IMG/VR virus record: IMGVR_UViG_2825118518_000002 | Location: 50,217 to 114,216 of that record | DNA length: 64,000 bases | From: a virus | Lineage: Duplodnaviria; Caudoviricetes | Strand: one strand, 5' to 3' | Part shown: one piece after another, positions 44,250 to 53,569 of the stretch | Layout of the letters: each line of letters starts with the position of its first letter | Numbering within the stretch: position 1 is the stretch's first letter | The notes under the pieces: model-generated | Databases searched by the model: none | The model's input: the letters and a program-made list of their open reading frames with translations, nothing else | What the model was told of the DNA's origin: nothing | Made by a program: the position numbers and the translations under genes

Positions 44250-46315
44250 TCTGCTGCCTCCAGATATTCGGCTTCGGGCTTGGGTTTTTGCTTCGGAGCC
44301 GCGTCGGCCATGATCGCTCCGACGCACGCCTTCATCTTTGCCACCGAAACGGCATTGCCGATCTGCTTGATTTTCTCGGTCTTGGTGCCGGCGAACTCAT
44401 AGGTCGCCTCTTCGGTATTGAAGCCCATGGCGGCGGCCAGTTCGTGCGGCTCGAGCATGCGGAAGAGGATGTCGTATTCCGGCCCGGCCTCAACGAAGTT
44501 GATATGGCCTGTTGCCGCGATCGTCGGGGTGGGTTGGTTGATATCGTGGACGCGCGGCGCTTGGCCTTCCCGCTCGCCGAACTGTGCCGCGATGAACGCG
44601 AACTCTCCGCCCTTTGCTGTGGTCATGGTGGGGACCGGGTCAACATCGATGTTTCGCGCCGTCGCTCCGCCGTTTGAATTGGTGACCGGCACCACCATGC
44701 CGAAACGGCCTTTGCTGGTTATGGTCGGCAGCGCATCGTCGACATGATTGCAGGTCTCACCGGAGCCCGAGCCGTAGTAAGGCGAGATCAGCGCGTGCGC
44801 AGCGCCATTGCCCCCGGTCGTCTGGGTCGGGATGGGCTCGCTGACGCCGCGAGGTGAACCGCCTGACGCCTGCGACAGGACGAACGGCTCTATTACCGCG
44901 TAGGAGCCGCCGTCGCCGTGGATGGCCCCAAGCGGCTGTTCGATGTCATGCGATCGGCGCCAGTTCGGATCGCGCTCACGTGCATCGTTGCCGTGGGCCA
45001 CCGTCACCAGCATGGGACGGGCACAGCCAGGCCTTTCCTCATTCGCCGCGCCGCCGGTCGTGATGGTCGGCAGCGGGTCATCCGTAGACCGGGGCGCGCC
45101 GCTGTTGTGCTGGGAAAGAACCATCGGCTCTGCCAGCCAGACGCCGCCCTTGGTGTCGAGCGTGGGTATGAGGCCTTCAGAAACGCCTTCGGCCTTGTTG
45201 CCCTTGCGCCCGTTCATGATGATCGGCTCGGCAGCATAGAGGTGGCCGGCGTGGGACGTCTGGGTCGGGAGAGGTTCGCTCGACGAGGTCGCCGTGGATT
45301 GGCCTTTCATGTTCACGATGACCGGCTCCGCCACGGCCATTTGGCTGCCGCCCGCAGTGATCGTGGGCAACGGCTGCTCTACACCGCGGGGGCGCGGCCC
45401 GGCCCCTTCTTTGCCGTGTCTAGGAGAGACGATCACCGGCTCCGCGATGCCGATATGCGTGCCATTGGCGGCTATGGTCGGCAGGGGCTGGTCCATCCCC
45501 TGCGCGGACATGTGGTTGCGGAGGATGACGAGATAGGGTTCGGGCCACCCGAACTTCTGAGCGCCGGCATAGATGCGGGCCAGGGTCTTCGGCGCCAGCG
45601 GCTTCTTGCGGTTGAAGATCGACCGGCCCTTGATCTGCCAATCGATGATCTCGCGCGCCGGACGCCACGGCTTTGCGGCAGAGAATAGATCGGCGTTGAC
45701 CTCGTCGCGCTTTCGGTGGGTCGGCATTGGCCAATGGATCTTGCGGCCGTCGGATCTCCCCATGAGGATGAAGCGCTGACGCGTGGTCGCGTCCCCATAG
45801 TCGGCGGCGTTCAGCTTGCGCCACTCCAGTTCGAAACCGAGGCGCCTAAGCGTTTCCGTCCAGGCATGGAAATATTCGCCCTTCCTCGATGCAATCGGCC
45901 GGCCAGTCTTCATGTTGACCGGGCCCCAGCCGATGAACTCCCAGACGTTTTCGATGATGATCCGCTTCACGCGAAGCTCGGTCAGCCAGGTGATGATGTG
46001 CCACGGGTCGCTGCGCTGCTGGTCGCTGGTCGGCTTGCCGCCGCGCGCAACGGAATGATGCGTGCAGGTCGGAGACGCCATCAGGAGGTCAAGGTAGCCT
46101 TCAGGGACCAGGATATGCGGGCGCACGGTCGAGATGTCCTGAACGAAGTGCCGGGCCTCTGGATGGTTGCGTTGGTGGGTGTCGATCGCCACCGGCCAAT
46201 GATTGACGCAGACCAATTCCATTTCCAGGCCAAGCTCGGAAAGCGCGCGCTGCGCACCGGTCGACGAGCCGCCGGCGCCGCAGAGAAGATCAGCAACGAG
46301 CATTTTGCGCGCCAT
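44246..46315 (-). CDS. C5 DNA cytosine methyltransferase with repeat-expanded variable region
   Basis: DLLCGAGG (motif I), ASPTC (IV), IENV (VI), TTRQR (VIII), RMLEPHELAAAMGF, KQIGNAV (X). Confidence 0.93.
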   Translation of the reverse strand: MARKMLVADLLCGAGGSSTGAQRALSELGLEMELVCVNHWPVAIDTHQRNHPEARHFVQDISTVRPHILVPEGYLDLLMASPTCTHHSVARGGKPTSDQQRSDPWHIITWLTELRVKRIIIENVWEFIGWGPVNMKTGRPIASRKGEYFHAWTETLRRLGFELEWRKLNAADYGDATTRQRFILMGRSDGRKIHWPMPTHRKRDEVNADLFSAAKPWRPAREIIDWQIKGRSIFNRKKPLAPKTLARIYAGAQKFGWPEPYLVILRNHMSAQGMDQPLPTIAANGTHIGIAEPVIVSPRHGKEGAGPRPRGVEQPLPTITAGGSQMAVAEPVIVNMKGQSTATSSSEPLPTQTSHAGHLYAAEPIIMNGRKGNKAEGVSEGLIPTLDTKGGVWLAEPMVLSQHNSGAPRSTDDPLPTITTGGAANEERPGCARPMLVTVAHGNDARERDPNWRRSHDIEQPLGAIHGDGGSYAVIEPFVLSQASGGSPRGVSEPIPTQTTGGNGAAHALISPYYGSGSGETCNHVDDALPTITSKGRFGMVVPVTNSNGGATARNIDVDPVPTMTTAKGGEFAFIAAQFGEREGQAPRVHDINQPTPTIAATGHINFVEAGPEYDILFRMLEPHELAAAMGFNTEEATYEFAGTKTEKIKQIGNAVSVAKMKACVGAIMADAAPKQKPKPEAEYLEAAE

Positions 46316-47760
46316 TAAAACAATTCCTTTTCACGTTCTGGGACGATGGAGACGTAGCGGGTGAAAGCAGCGTCGAAATTGACGCGCTCGACGATGGTAG
46401 GATCACCCCACCTGACCTTGATCGCGGCAATCTCGGCAACGCCCTCGATTTCCGACCCGAAGACGGTGTTGATCACCTTCCAATCCTGGGCGGTGGCGGC
46501 GACCTTCTCCATTTCCTTCTTGTATTTTTCCGGCCGGTAGAGAGTGATCACGGCGTCATAGTCGGCGCGCGCGTTCTCGCCGCCATAGAGGTCTTTGGCG
46601 ATCGGCCGCGGGTTCTGCCGCTTGCCGCTCTCTCCGTTCCTCTGGTTGAGGATGAGGACGGATGCGGCGACTTCATCGGCCAGCGCCTTGAATTCGACCG
46701 TCACGTCACCCGAGATGCGGTCTGCCGAGAGCTTGTCATTCTTCGGTTTCACCTTGCCGATGTGGTCGAGCACGATGAATGGCGTCTTGCCGTTGCTTTG
46801 CTTCTTGATGAACCGTCTGGCGTAGGCCATGAGCCTATCCACGCCTTCACGCTGGCATCGGATGATTTCGAATGGTTGGCCGCTGATCCAGTTGGCAAAC
46901 GAGATGCACCGTTCCTGCTCGGACTGAGACATGAGCCGCATCGGCTCCCGCTGCTGCCTGCCGCTGATCTGATGAACCTGGGAGATCATCTGACGCACGC
47001 ATTGGGCGGCAGATTGGTCGTAGGAGAGGAACAGAACCGGGTGGCCCTCGCGCACCGCGTGGTGGATGAGCTGCATCGTCAGGGAAGATTTTCCTTCTCC
47101 CGAGCTCGACAGAAGCCCGTAGAGGTTGCCAGCTTCGAACACCGGCTCCGACAGGACGCGGGCGATCTCAGGCAGGGCGATGGGAACGCCTATCAGGCCA
47201 TCGCGCTTGGCGGACGCCTGAAAGGCCGACAGATAAGAAGAGCCGGGAGACGCGATCGCCGTCGTCTCGGAGAACCTGGCGCGCAACTCACGTAACCGCC
47301 CCTCGAGTTGTTCGATCTCATCCCCGAGGGTCAGAAGGGTATGCCCTTCCTTCGCAACGCTGACGGCGAATTCCGCCTCGCGCTGCAGTTCTCGGGCGAG
47401 TGTCGTGCTCTTGATGGTCTGCACCGCCCGTTCGAACATGGATCTTCGATGCGTGGCGGAGCCCATCAAGAAAAGATTCTCGACGTATTCGGACGGCGAA
47501 TAAGGAAGCTTGGGAATGGCGAGCGGAAGGAACGGCTTGATTGATACCGGATCGGCGATCTGGTGGCTGGCGACAATGGAATTGATCTTGTCGAAGATGG
47601 TCTGATGCAGCCCTTCGACAAAGTCCGACCACTCGAGGCCGCATTCCGAAAGCAGATCATTGGAAGCGAGGATGCAGGCGAGAACCGTTCTCTCGGCTTC
47701 GAAGATATCGTCCTCGGTGATCTTGTCCATGAAGTCGCGGCGATTTGGCAATTCGTTCAC
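46315..47760 (-). CDS. DnaB-like replicative helicase
   Basis: AERTVLACIL N-domain; SSSGEGKS (Walker A), VLDHIG, LNQRN, RPIAKDLYG, DAVITLYRP. Confidence 0.85.
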   Translation of the reverse strand: MNELPNRRDFMDKITEDDIFEAERTVLACILASNDLLSECGLEWSDFVEGLHQTIFDKINSIVASHQIADPVSIKPFLPLAIPKLPYSPSEYVENLFLMGSATHRRSMFERAVQTIKSTTLARELQREAEFAVSVAKEGHTLLTLGDEIEQLEGRLRELRARFSETTAIASPGSSYLSAFQASAKRDGLIGVPIALPEIARVLSEPVFEAGNLYGLLSSSGEGKSSLTMQLIHHAVREGHPVLFLSYDQSAAQCVRQMISQVHQISGRQQREPMRLMSQSEQERCISFANWISGQPFEIIRCQREGVDRLMAYARRFIKKQSNGKTPFIVLDHIGKVKPKNDKLSADRISGDVTVEFKALADEVAASVLILNQRNGESGKRQNPRPIAKDLYGGENARADYDAVITLYRPEKYKKEMEKVAATAQDWKVINTVFGSEIEGVAEIAAIKVRWGDPTIVERVNFDAAFTRYVSIVPEREKELF

Positions 47761-48323
47761 GAGGCTCTCCCGGCGTAGAGGATGACAGGCGAGCGCGGCA
47801 GGCGTGGCCTTTCCGTCCAAACGTACCAGGCATGGTCTTCGGTGCCGGTGACACCGTCGAGCGTCCAACTGATGCGATCGACGAGGGTGATCTTGGCGGC
47901 GAAACGTGGGTTCTGGCTGAACAGGTGACCGCGGGTATTTCCGAAGTCGAATTTTGCTGTGAGGAGGAGTGCCACAAGGCCCTTGCAACGGGTCAGCGCG
48001 TATTCTGCGAACAGCCTCGCTTGGCGGTTCCCTTTGCCATAGGGGGGATTGGTGATGATGGCCGACACATCCGGCCACACGCCATGAGGCTTCAAGAAGT
48101 CATAGATGGAGTCATGCTCTCTGCCATAGACAGCGATGTCGGAAGTGTAGACGGCGTCGGCCTTTTCCTTCAGGACATCCGCCATCAGGTGGTTGCCGGC
48201 CGCCGGTTCCCATACAGTCATCCAATCCACCGGAAAGTGCCGCAGTAGCGCTTCGGTCACCCATGGCTCTGTCTGGTAAAGATCGTTTTCGGCGCGGGCA
48301 TATTTTGAAGCGGTTACCGTCAT
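47757..48323 (-). CDS. Small amino-group (N6-A/N4-C) DNA methyltransferase
   Basis: DLYQTEPW, WEPAAGNH, IITNPPY motifs. Confidence 0.85.
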   Translation of the reverse strand: MTVTASKYARAENDLYQTEPWVTEALLRHFPVDWMTVWEPAAGNHLMADVLKEKADAVYTSDIAVYGREHDSIYDFLKPHGVWPDVSAIITNPPYGKGNRQARLFAEYALTRCKGLVALLLTAKFDFGNTRGHLFSQNPRFAAKITLVDRISWTLDGVTGTEDHAWYVWTERPRLPRSPVILYAGRAS

Positions 48324-48925
48324 GCCACCGCCCTCTCGTTCCGCTGCATGCGCAAATCCATGAGGGGCTGCTGGTACCGGCCGGCGTGGATCTTCATCTC
48401 GCGGACGCCCCAGCAGATCGCCAGAGCGCAGGCCTCCGCTGCGTTATGGGCAAGCGCCTTCTGCGTGGGGAGCTTGATGCCGATGCGCTCGCATTCGGAC
48501 ACCGCGGCGCTCTTCCAGTCCTTCTTGCCCTTGTTGTCGAGCGGCGGCTTGAAAGTTTGGCCGTAGAAGCTCTTGCGCCAGGTGGCCGGCGGCAGAGTGC
48601 CGTAGGGAATTCCGAAATTGGCGATGGTCGAGACAATGGCCGTCGTCGCGATCCACGGATAGAGCATGGCGTCTGCGCTGGTGTTGCCGATCTTGGCGAG
48701 CGACTGCTCCTCGAGCACGACCCAATCTGGCCTTCCATGCTCGCGGATGAGCGCTGCGACTTTCAAGCCGATCTGATCGCCGGTGTAGTAGTGGTCGCTC
48801 TTCTCCGGCATCTGGAAGACGCCGCATTTGATGTGGGAGAAGTTCCGATCGGCCTTCTGCTGATCTGGATCGTAGACGCACCAGCCGGTGGATTTCGAAG
48901 GGTCAAAGCCATAGATGATCGTCAT
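48320..48925 (-). CDS. RuvC-like Holliday junction resolvase
   Basis: IYGFDPSKSTGW, VVLEEQ, PATWRK, HNAAEA. Confidence 0.75.
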   Translation of the reverse strand: MTIIYGFDPSKSTGWCVYDPDQQKADRNFSHIKCGVFQMPEKSDHYYTGDQIGLKVAALIREHGRPDWVVLEEQSLAKIGNTSADAMLYPWIATTAIVSTIANFGIPYGTLPPATWRKSFYGQTFKPPLDNKGKKDWKSAAVSECERIGIKLPTQKALAHNAAEACALAICWGVREMKIHAGRYQQPLMDLRMQRNERAVA

Positions 48926-49014
48926 GGGCGCCTCGCGGGAGAGAAAATACCGGTCATTCGCGACCGGAGAGTTGGGCGGCTCAAGGCTGGGAGGTGCCGA
49001 GCCGCCTGGGAGGT

Positions 49015-49572
49015 TCAGTGCTTCACGACAGAGAACGGATCGAAGCCGCTCGCCGGCGGCTCTTCACGCGTCGTTTCGGCTTGGATCTGCTTGAGGATGT
49101 CCGGAAGGTCGGTTTCGTATTCCTTCTTCCCGGCGTCGTAGGATTCCAGGAACATCTTGTCGTCGACACTGCCGGCGTCATAACCGGAGACGCGATCGAG
49201 CCCGAGCAGACCGGCCTTGTAGCCCTTGGCCCGGATCATGCCTTCCTTGTCGACGCGGTCGACCTTGGCGAGGAGGTCGCCCTTTGTGGACGGGATGAGA
49301 CCGAGCCATTCGAGGTTCTCTCGATCGGATTTCAGCCGGTCGACAGGCTTCTGATCGTCCTCGCCGAAATGAGCATTCAGGTAATGATCGAACTTCTGAC
49401 CGGTGAAGGTCGGATCGGCGGCCTTGGCGACCTTCCGATTGGCCGACTTCTTCGCCGTCGCTTGCCGCCGCTCGGTTTCGGCGGCAAGCTCGTTGCGGAA
49501 ATAGTAAGCGAACAGCTTCTGCCGCTTGTCGTTAATCGCCTTCGCGCCTTCACTTGCTGCCATTGGTATCAC
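49015..49572 (-). CDS. Hypothetical phage protein
   Basis: 185 aa; C-terminal KGYKAGLLG...FLESYDAG motif. Confidence 0.7.
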   Translation of the reverse strand: MIPMAASEGAKAINDKRQKLFAYYFRNELAAETERRQATAKKSANRKVAKAADPTFTGQKFDHYLNAHFGEDDQKPVDRLKSDRENLEWLGLIPSTKGDLLAKVDRVDKEGMIRAKGYKAGLLGLDRVSGYDAGSVDDKMFLESYDAGKKEYETDLPDILKQIQAETTREEPPASGFDPFSVVKH

Positions 49573-49982
49573 CGTCCTTTCGCTTGCCTGACCTTTTCAG
49601 CCAGAGCTTCAACCTCGCGGCCAATATCTTCCAGAGAAGCATCCGCGTTCCTCGCTTTCTCGATCTCTAATTCATGCTGTAGTGCCGCAATCTGCCGCGC
49701 GCAGAGATCAAGGTACGCGGCTCGAATCCTCCCGAAGACGGCGATGCCAGGATCGCGCGTCTCACCATTCAGAAGACGGCGCAGCGATCGAGCGGTCATG
49801 CCGCAACGGCGCCCTACTCGTTCGAGCGCATTCATCTGATCGCCGTTTCCACGACTTTCCCTTTCGACCATCTTGCGCGCGTACACCGCGGCTAGATCGG
49901 GGGTAAAAGCGTCTACAGAACTCATTGTGTTCGCCTTGTTTTCGGATTTTCTAATTGTCACTACGGGGCTGTGATTTTCCAT
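49569..49982 (-). CDS. CII-position HTH regulator
   Basis: ALERVGRRCGMTARSLRRLLNGE HTH followed by a coiled coil. Confidence 0.65.
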   Translation of the reverse strand: MENHSPVVTIRKSENKANTMSSVDAFTPDLAAVYARKMVERESRGNGDQMNALERVGRRCGMTARSLRRLLNGETRDPGIAVFGRIRAAYLDLCARQIAALQHELEIEKARNADASLEDIGREVEALAEKVRQAKGR

Positions 49983-50267
49983 TCCGGGCCGCCTGCCTTG
50001 ATATGTTGCTGATCAAGAGCAGGCGGCAGGAAGGTTATGCGTCTCCGCCTCTCGACGGGTTGGATGCCGGAGCGATAAGCGTGGAACCTGAAGCGTTCCG
50101 GCGGAAATGATGAAGTTGAATGACGTTTCCCCTTTCGGGGGCCGGGGCGATCAGAACACGATCCTCCGGTGCGGCGCGCATGTATCGAAAAGCGGCAGCC
50201 AGCAGAATGAGAATGCAGGAGACGATCATGGCGACGAGAATGGCCTGCAGCATGACGAGGAGAGTGC

Positions 50268-50453
50268 TCATTGCTTGTCCTCCGCCTTGAAATGCCCCAT
50301 CCAGCCATCCGGGCGAGCGTTGTCGTAGTCGATATCTTCGAGGTCGCGGGTGCGCGGGTAGCGATTGCGACCGAAGTAGGCGATGGCAAGGAACACACCG
50401 AAGACGAGCGCCCCACCGGCTGCTGACAAAAGGCCTTTCACGAAATCGCTCAT
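50268..50453 (-). CDS. Small membrane protein
   Basis: 61 aa; ATGA coupling. Confidence 0.5.
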   Translation of the reverse strand: MSDFVKGLLSAAGGALVFGVFLAIAYFGRNRYPRTRDLEDIDYDNARPDGWMGHFKAEDKQ

Positions 50454-50758
50454 GCCGCACCGCCTTCGCTGTTTTCTGCCGGCGACAGCCAGTAGGAAGC
50501 CCTGGGCGTCCCGTTCGTCCTAGCGATCTGCCAACCAACACGATTGGGAAGCCTGGAATTGATGTGAGAAACCGACATGCAGAGCTCGGTGAAGGCCAAT
50601 ACCGGATCGCTGTGGAACGGAAGACCAGCGCGCACCATCAGGTTCGAAGCTGAGATTTTCTTGGGGTATTCAGAGCAAAGGACGCCGAGCACCCTCGCAT
50701 GGCGCGTACCGATGCCAACACGGGCGGACAGAGCCTCGGGAGACAGGGTGGGCTTCAT
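50450..50758 (-). CDS. Winged-helix hypothetical protein
   Basis: 102 aa; ATGA coupling on both sides. Confidence 0.6.
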   Translation of the reverse strand: MKPTLSPEALSARVGIGTRHARVLGVLCSEYPKKISASNLMVRAGLPFHSDPVLAFTELCMSVSHINSRLPNRVGWQIARTNGTPRASYWLSPAENSEGGAA

Positions 50759-50955
50759 GACCGGCCCTTTACCGCAACGGGCTTGGTGTAGCCGTTGCAG
50801 TCCTCGCAGTGGCGCTCGATGAATTCGGCGACTGACAACGTTCGATCACAATTTCCGCAGACGTGAAATGTCGACCGGAAGGCGGCGCGCTGAGACTGAC
50901 GAGCGGCTTCGACCTGGGTCGAGATACCGAACTGGTGTTTGGTCTGGATGGTCAT
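50755..50955 (-). CDS. Small zinc-finger protein
   Basis: CGNC...CEDC. Confidence 0.6.
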   Translation of the reverse strand: MTIQTKHQFGISTQVEAARQSQRAAFRSTFHVCGNCDRTLSVAEFIERHCEDCNGYTKPVAVKGRS

Positions 50956-51497
50956 GCTCCGCTCCCAACATCATCGAGGAAAACATGATCGCGATTGATG
51001 AGAGGTGCCCGTTTAACGTCCGGGCCAGACGCAGTTTCATCTATAAAACTAGCGTCAATTCCGGCTTCTATCCCGCCGGCTGGGTGCGTTGTGTTGTTGC
51101 TCTGCCGAGACGCGCGCTCCGCGCTGCCATCTACATCGCTTCCTCCTGTATTGGCGCCGCCGCTACCCGATCTAGAAAGGGGGTTTACGCTGGCTTCGCT
51201 GGGGGCCGCAGCTTCGCCTTGAGAGGCTGCAGCAAATGGATGCTCCGGCGTGACAAACACCTGCCACGCGACCGGCTGCTCGTTCTCGGCAAAGCCCGCC
51301 CAACGGCCGGTGCTCTGCTTCGTGGCTGGAACCCAGTAGGATCGGACGACCTTGCCGTCAGCGCGCGCCAGCCAGACAGGCGCGACATGGTGTTCCGTAA
51401 AGTCTCTATCGACGGAGCCTTCGGCAGTGCGCACCTTGCGGGTGACTGTGACCTGTTGGCCGCGCGGTGCGGCGGATATGTCGTGGTTCCAGGTCAT
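50952..51497 (-). CDS. Hypothetical protein (DUF551-like W..I..AP / PVAWQ domain plus low-complexity tail)
   Basis: MTWNHDISAAPRG...QPVAWQ; ATGA coupling. Confidence 0.6.
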   Translation of the reverse strand: MTWNHDISAAPRGQQVTVTRKVRTAEGSVDRDFTEHHVAPVWLARADGKVVRSYWVPATKQSTGRWAGFAENEQPVAWQVFVTPEHPFAAASQGEAAAPSEASVNPLSRSGSGGANTGGSDVDGSAERASRQSNNTTHPAGGIEAGIDASFIDETASGPDVKRAPLINRDHVFLDDVGSGA

Positions 51498-51802
51498 GCT
51501 GCCTCCGCCGCGGCGATCGCGCGCCGCATCGCCTTCGTCACGGAACGATGACTATGGCTGTCGTTGAATTCGAAAATGGACTGACCTCTACAGGCGTTGC
51601 GGAGATGCCGGATCGCTATCCCGTAATCGGTAGCCGAACACGGGACTCGCTGAAGGGCGCCGACCATGCAGAACCGAGACGCCTTCTCGCTGTTCAGCTT
51701 GACCTCGTGGCCTTTGGCATCAGCAGCACATGCGCACTGGCCCCACGTCTTGGGTGTGCCGATGATCGCCAGGGCTTCCGTGAGGACAGCGGCGGCGCTC
51801 AT
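51494..51802 (-). CDS. Hypothetical phage protein
   Basis: WGQ...FCMVGAL...FND..H..V motif; ATG at 51802. Confidence 0.65.
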   Translation of the reverse strand: MSAAAVLTEALAIIGTPKTWGQCACAADAKGHEVKLNSEKASRFCMVGALQRVPCSATDYGIAIRHLRNACRGQSIFEFNDSHSHRSVTKAMRRAIAAAEAA

Positions 51803-51993
51803 TCTGCGCTCGCCGACTGGAAGAATGACTTTGGTTCGACTGCCCCGCTCGTGGCGCGGCAAATCTCTTCGATGACGCTCTTGCTCAGATTTTCACCGCG
51901 CATGTACCGGTGCACTTGCGCCCGGCTCTTGCCCAGCAATGCCGCAAAAGCTGTTACAGTGGTGTGCTCGTGGATGTAATCTTCAAGGGTCAT
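51799..51993 (-). CDS. cro: Cro-like repressor
   Basis: 64 aa HTH (TAFAALLGKSRAQVHRYMRGE...TSGAVEPKSF), divergent from CI. Confidence 0.85.
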   Translation of the reverse strand: MTLEDYIHEHTTVTAFAALLGKSRAQVHRYMRGENLSKSVIEEICRATSGAVEPKSFFQSASAE

Positions 51994-52054
51994 GTAGCAA
52001 TTACTGCTACACTTTGTTGTCTATGTCAACACCAGTGTCGCATTTTATGGCATA
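51993..52054. promoter_or_regulatory. OR operator region and PR promoter
   Basis: 19-bp dyads TGTAGCA-N5-TGCTACA (51993-52011) and TGTCGCA-N5-TGGCATA (52036-52054); minus-strand TTGACA at 52029-52024. Confidence 0.75.
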
Positions 52055-52069
52055 GATCGATGGCCAGAG

Positions 52070-52822
52070 ATGGACGATAAAATCGTCATGTCGAAAAACT
52101 GGCTCGAACCCTTTCTCAAAGCATCAAATATTGGCTCACAAGAAGAGCTGGCTGAAGCGTTGGATGTGTCACGCGCGACGGTGAACCGGCTTGCCAATGA
52201 TCACAGCCAACTCAAGCGGGACAGGGCGGAAAAGTTGGCGCCGTTGCTCGGCACCACGGTTGAGGCGTTGATGCTAAATCAGCCGCCGAAGATAGAAACC
52301 GCCATGGTTTCGAGCTTCGATCCAGACGCCAGCGATGAGGATCACGACACGCCGAAGCGGGAAGCGAACGGCAAGGATATTCCGGAGATTGACCTGATCG
52401 CCGGTCTCGGCGGTGGCGGAATGTCGATCGTCGAGAACACCACTCAGAACGGGATCACGTTCCATAAGGAGGCCGTGCGCGACCATTGGCGCCTGCCTGA
52501 ATGGATGCTCATGCGCATGGGCGTTCGGGCACCGCACGTCGCCGCTTTCCCTTCCCGGGGCGATTCAATGACGCCGACGATCGAGGACGGCGACGTCGTG
52601 TTCATCGACACCCGCCACCGGGTTCCGTCGCCGCCAGGCGTCTATGCGCTTGCGGACGAGTTTGGGGGCGTCGTTGTCAAACGCCTCGAGGTGACATCCA
52701 GCCCGGGTGATGAGCGGATCACGGTCCAAATCTCGTCGGACAACCCGCGCCACATGACACGCATCCTCAATCTGGATGAGATCCAGATCGTTGGCCGCTA
52801 CATCGGCCGGTTCACGATTTAA
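52070..52822 (+). CDS. cI: CI-like repressor (XRE HTH + S24 autopeptidase)
   Basis: SQEELAEALDVSRATVNRL; AG cleavage site; GDSMTPTIEDGD; VVKRL. Confidence 0.92.
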   Translation: MDDKIVMSKNWLEPFLKASNIGSQEELAEALDVSRATVNRLANDHSQLKRDRAEKLAPLLGTTVEALMLNQPPKIETAMVSSFDPDASDEDHDTPKREANGKDIPEIDLIAGLGGGGMSIVENTTQNGITFHKEAVRDHWRLPEWMLMRMGVRAPHVAAFPSRGDSMTPTIEDGDVVFIDTRHRVPSPPGVYALADEFGGVVVKRLEVTSSPGDERITVQISSDNPRHMTRILNLDEIQIVGRYIGRFTI

Positions 52823-53168
52823 GGAACCGGCTGTCCCGCGTCCGGATATCGGCGACGACAATCCCCACAACCGCGTCACTGAATTGGCCACGCGGCAGCC
52901 GGTGCGCCGGATAATGCTCGTTCTCGCGGGAAAGAATCAGCTCTCCAGCCGGCCCAAGAGTATTCGTCACCCGGAAAAGCTCGATCCCGAGGCCGATGTC
53001 GACCAAGTAAATCCCCTCCCCCTCGTAAGCTGTCACTGGCGCCGTCAAGACAAAGTCTCGCCCACCCCGAAGCGTCGGCTCCATCTCGTCGCCGATGACG
53101 GGGTGCACGCGAAACTTGCCAGACATAACCTTTTCGGGGGACACAAAAGAGGCGAACAGCTCGTTCAT
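52812..53168 (-). CDS. Stand-alone S24 peptidase-like domain lacking the catalytic Ser
   Basis: VIGDEMEPTL (GDSM changed to GDEM), GEGIYLV, LSRENEHY. Confidence 0.65.
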   Translation of the reverse strand: MNELFASFVSPEKVMSGKFRVHPVIGDEMEPTLRGGRDFVLTAPVTAYEGEGIYLVDIGLGIELFRVTNTLGPAGELILSRENEHYPAHRLPRGQFSDAVVGIVVADIRTRDSRFLKS

Positions 53169-53290
53169 TTCATCGCTCCATAGGCACTTGGCAGTGCTCT
53201 TTTAAGTATGAAAAACGATCATAGCGACGTCTGCGTGTATGGCCACTGGCCGATATTTATTTGGTTAAGCGGCGCTTGTATGCGTTCAGG

Positions 53291-53569
53291 ATGAGCGAGT
53301 ACAGCCCGAGCCGCCTCCTGGATAAAATCATCATCCGCGTTCCGAACGGCTTGCGCGATCGCATCAAGCGTGTCGCTGATTTCAACAACCGGTCGGTGAA
53401 TGCCGAATTGGTTGTTCTTCTTGAGCGAACTTACCCGCCCGAGACGAAGATAGACGAGTACCTGCAGGATATCGCAGGGATCGTTGGCAAACTGCCGGCT
53501 GAAAATCGAGCCGACGCCTGGCGGGCTGTCTTCGACCGCCTGGATGCGTTGCGAAACGAGACAATCTAA
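53291..53569 (+). CDS. Arc family DNA-binding protein
   Basis: DKIIIRVPNGLRDRIKRVADFNNRSVNAELVVLLE. Confidence 0.88.
   Translation: MSEYSPSRLLDKIIIRVPNGLRDRIKRVADFNNRSVNAELVVLLERTYPPETKIDEYLQDIAGIVGKLPAENRADAWRAVFDRLDALRNETI

Noticed and set aside
46315-48078. 587-aa helicase with N-terminal extension (and similar 5' extensions of 38413-39618 and 33712-34656)
   Set aside because: The extensions overlap bona fide upstream genes; coupled internal starts (47760, 39213, 33990) fit better.
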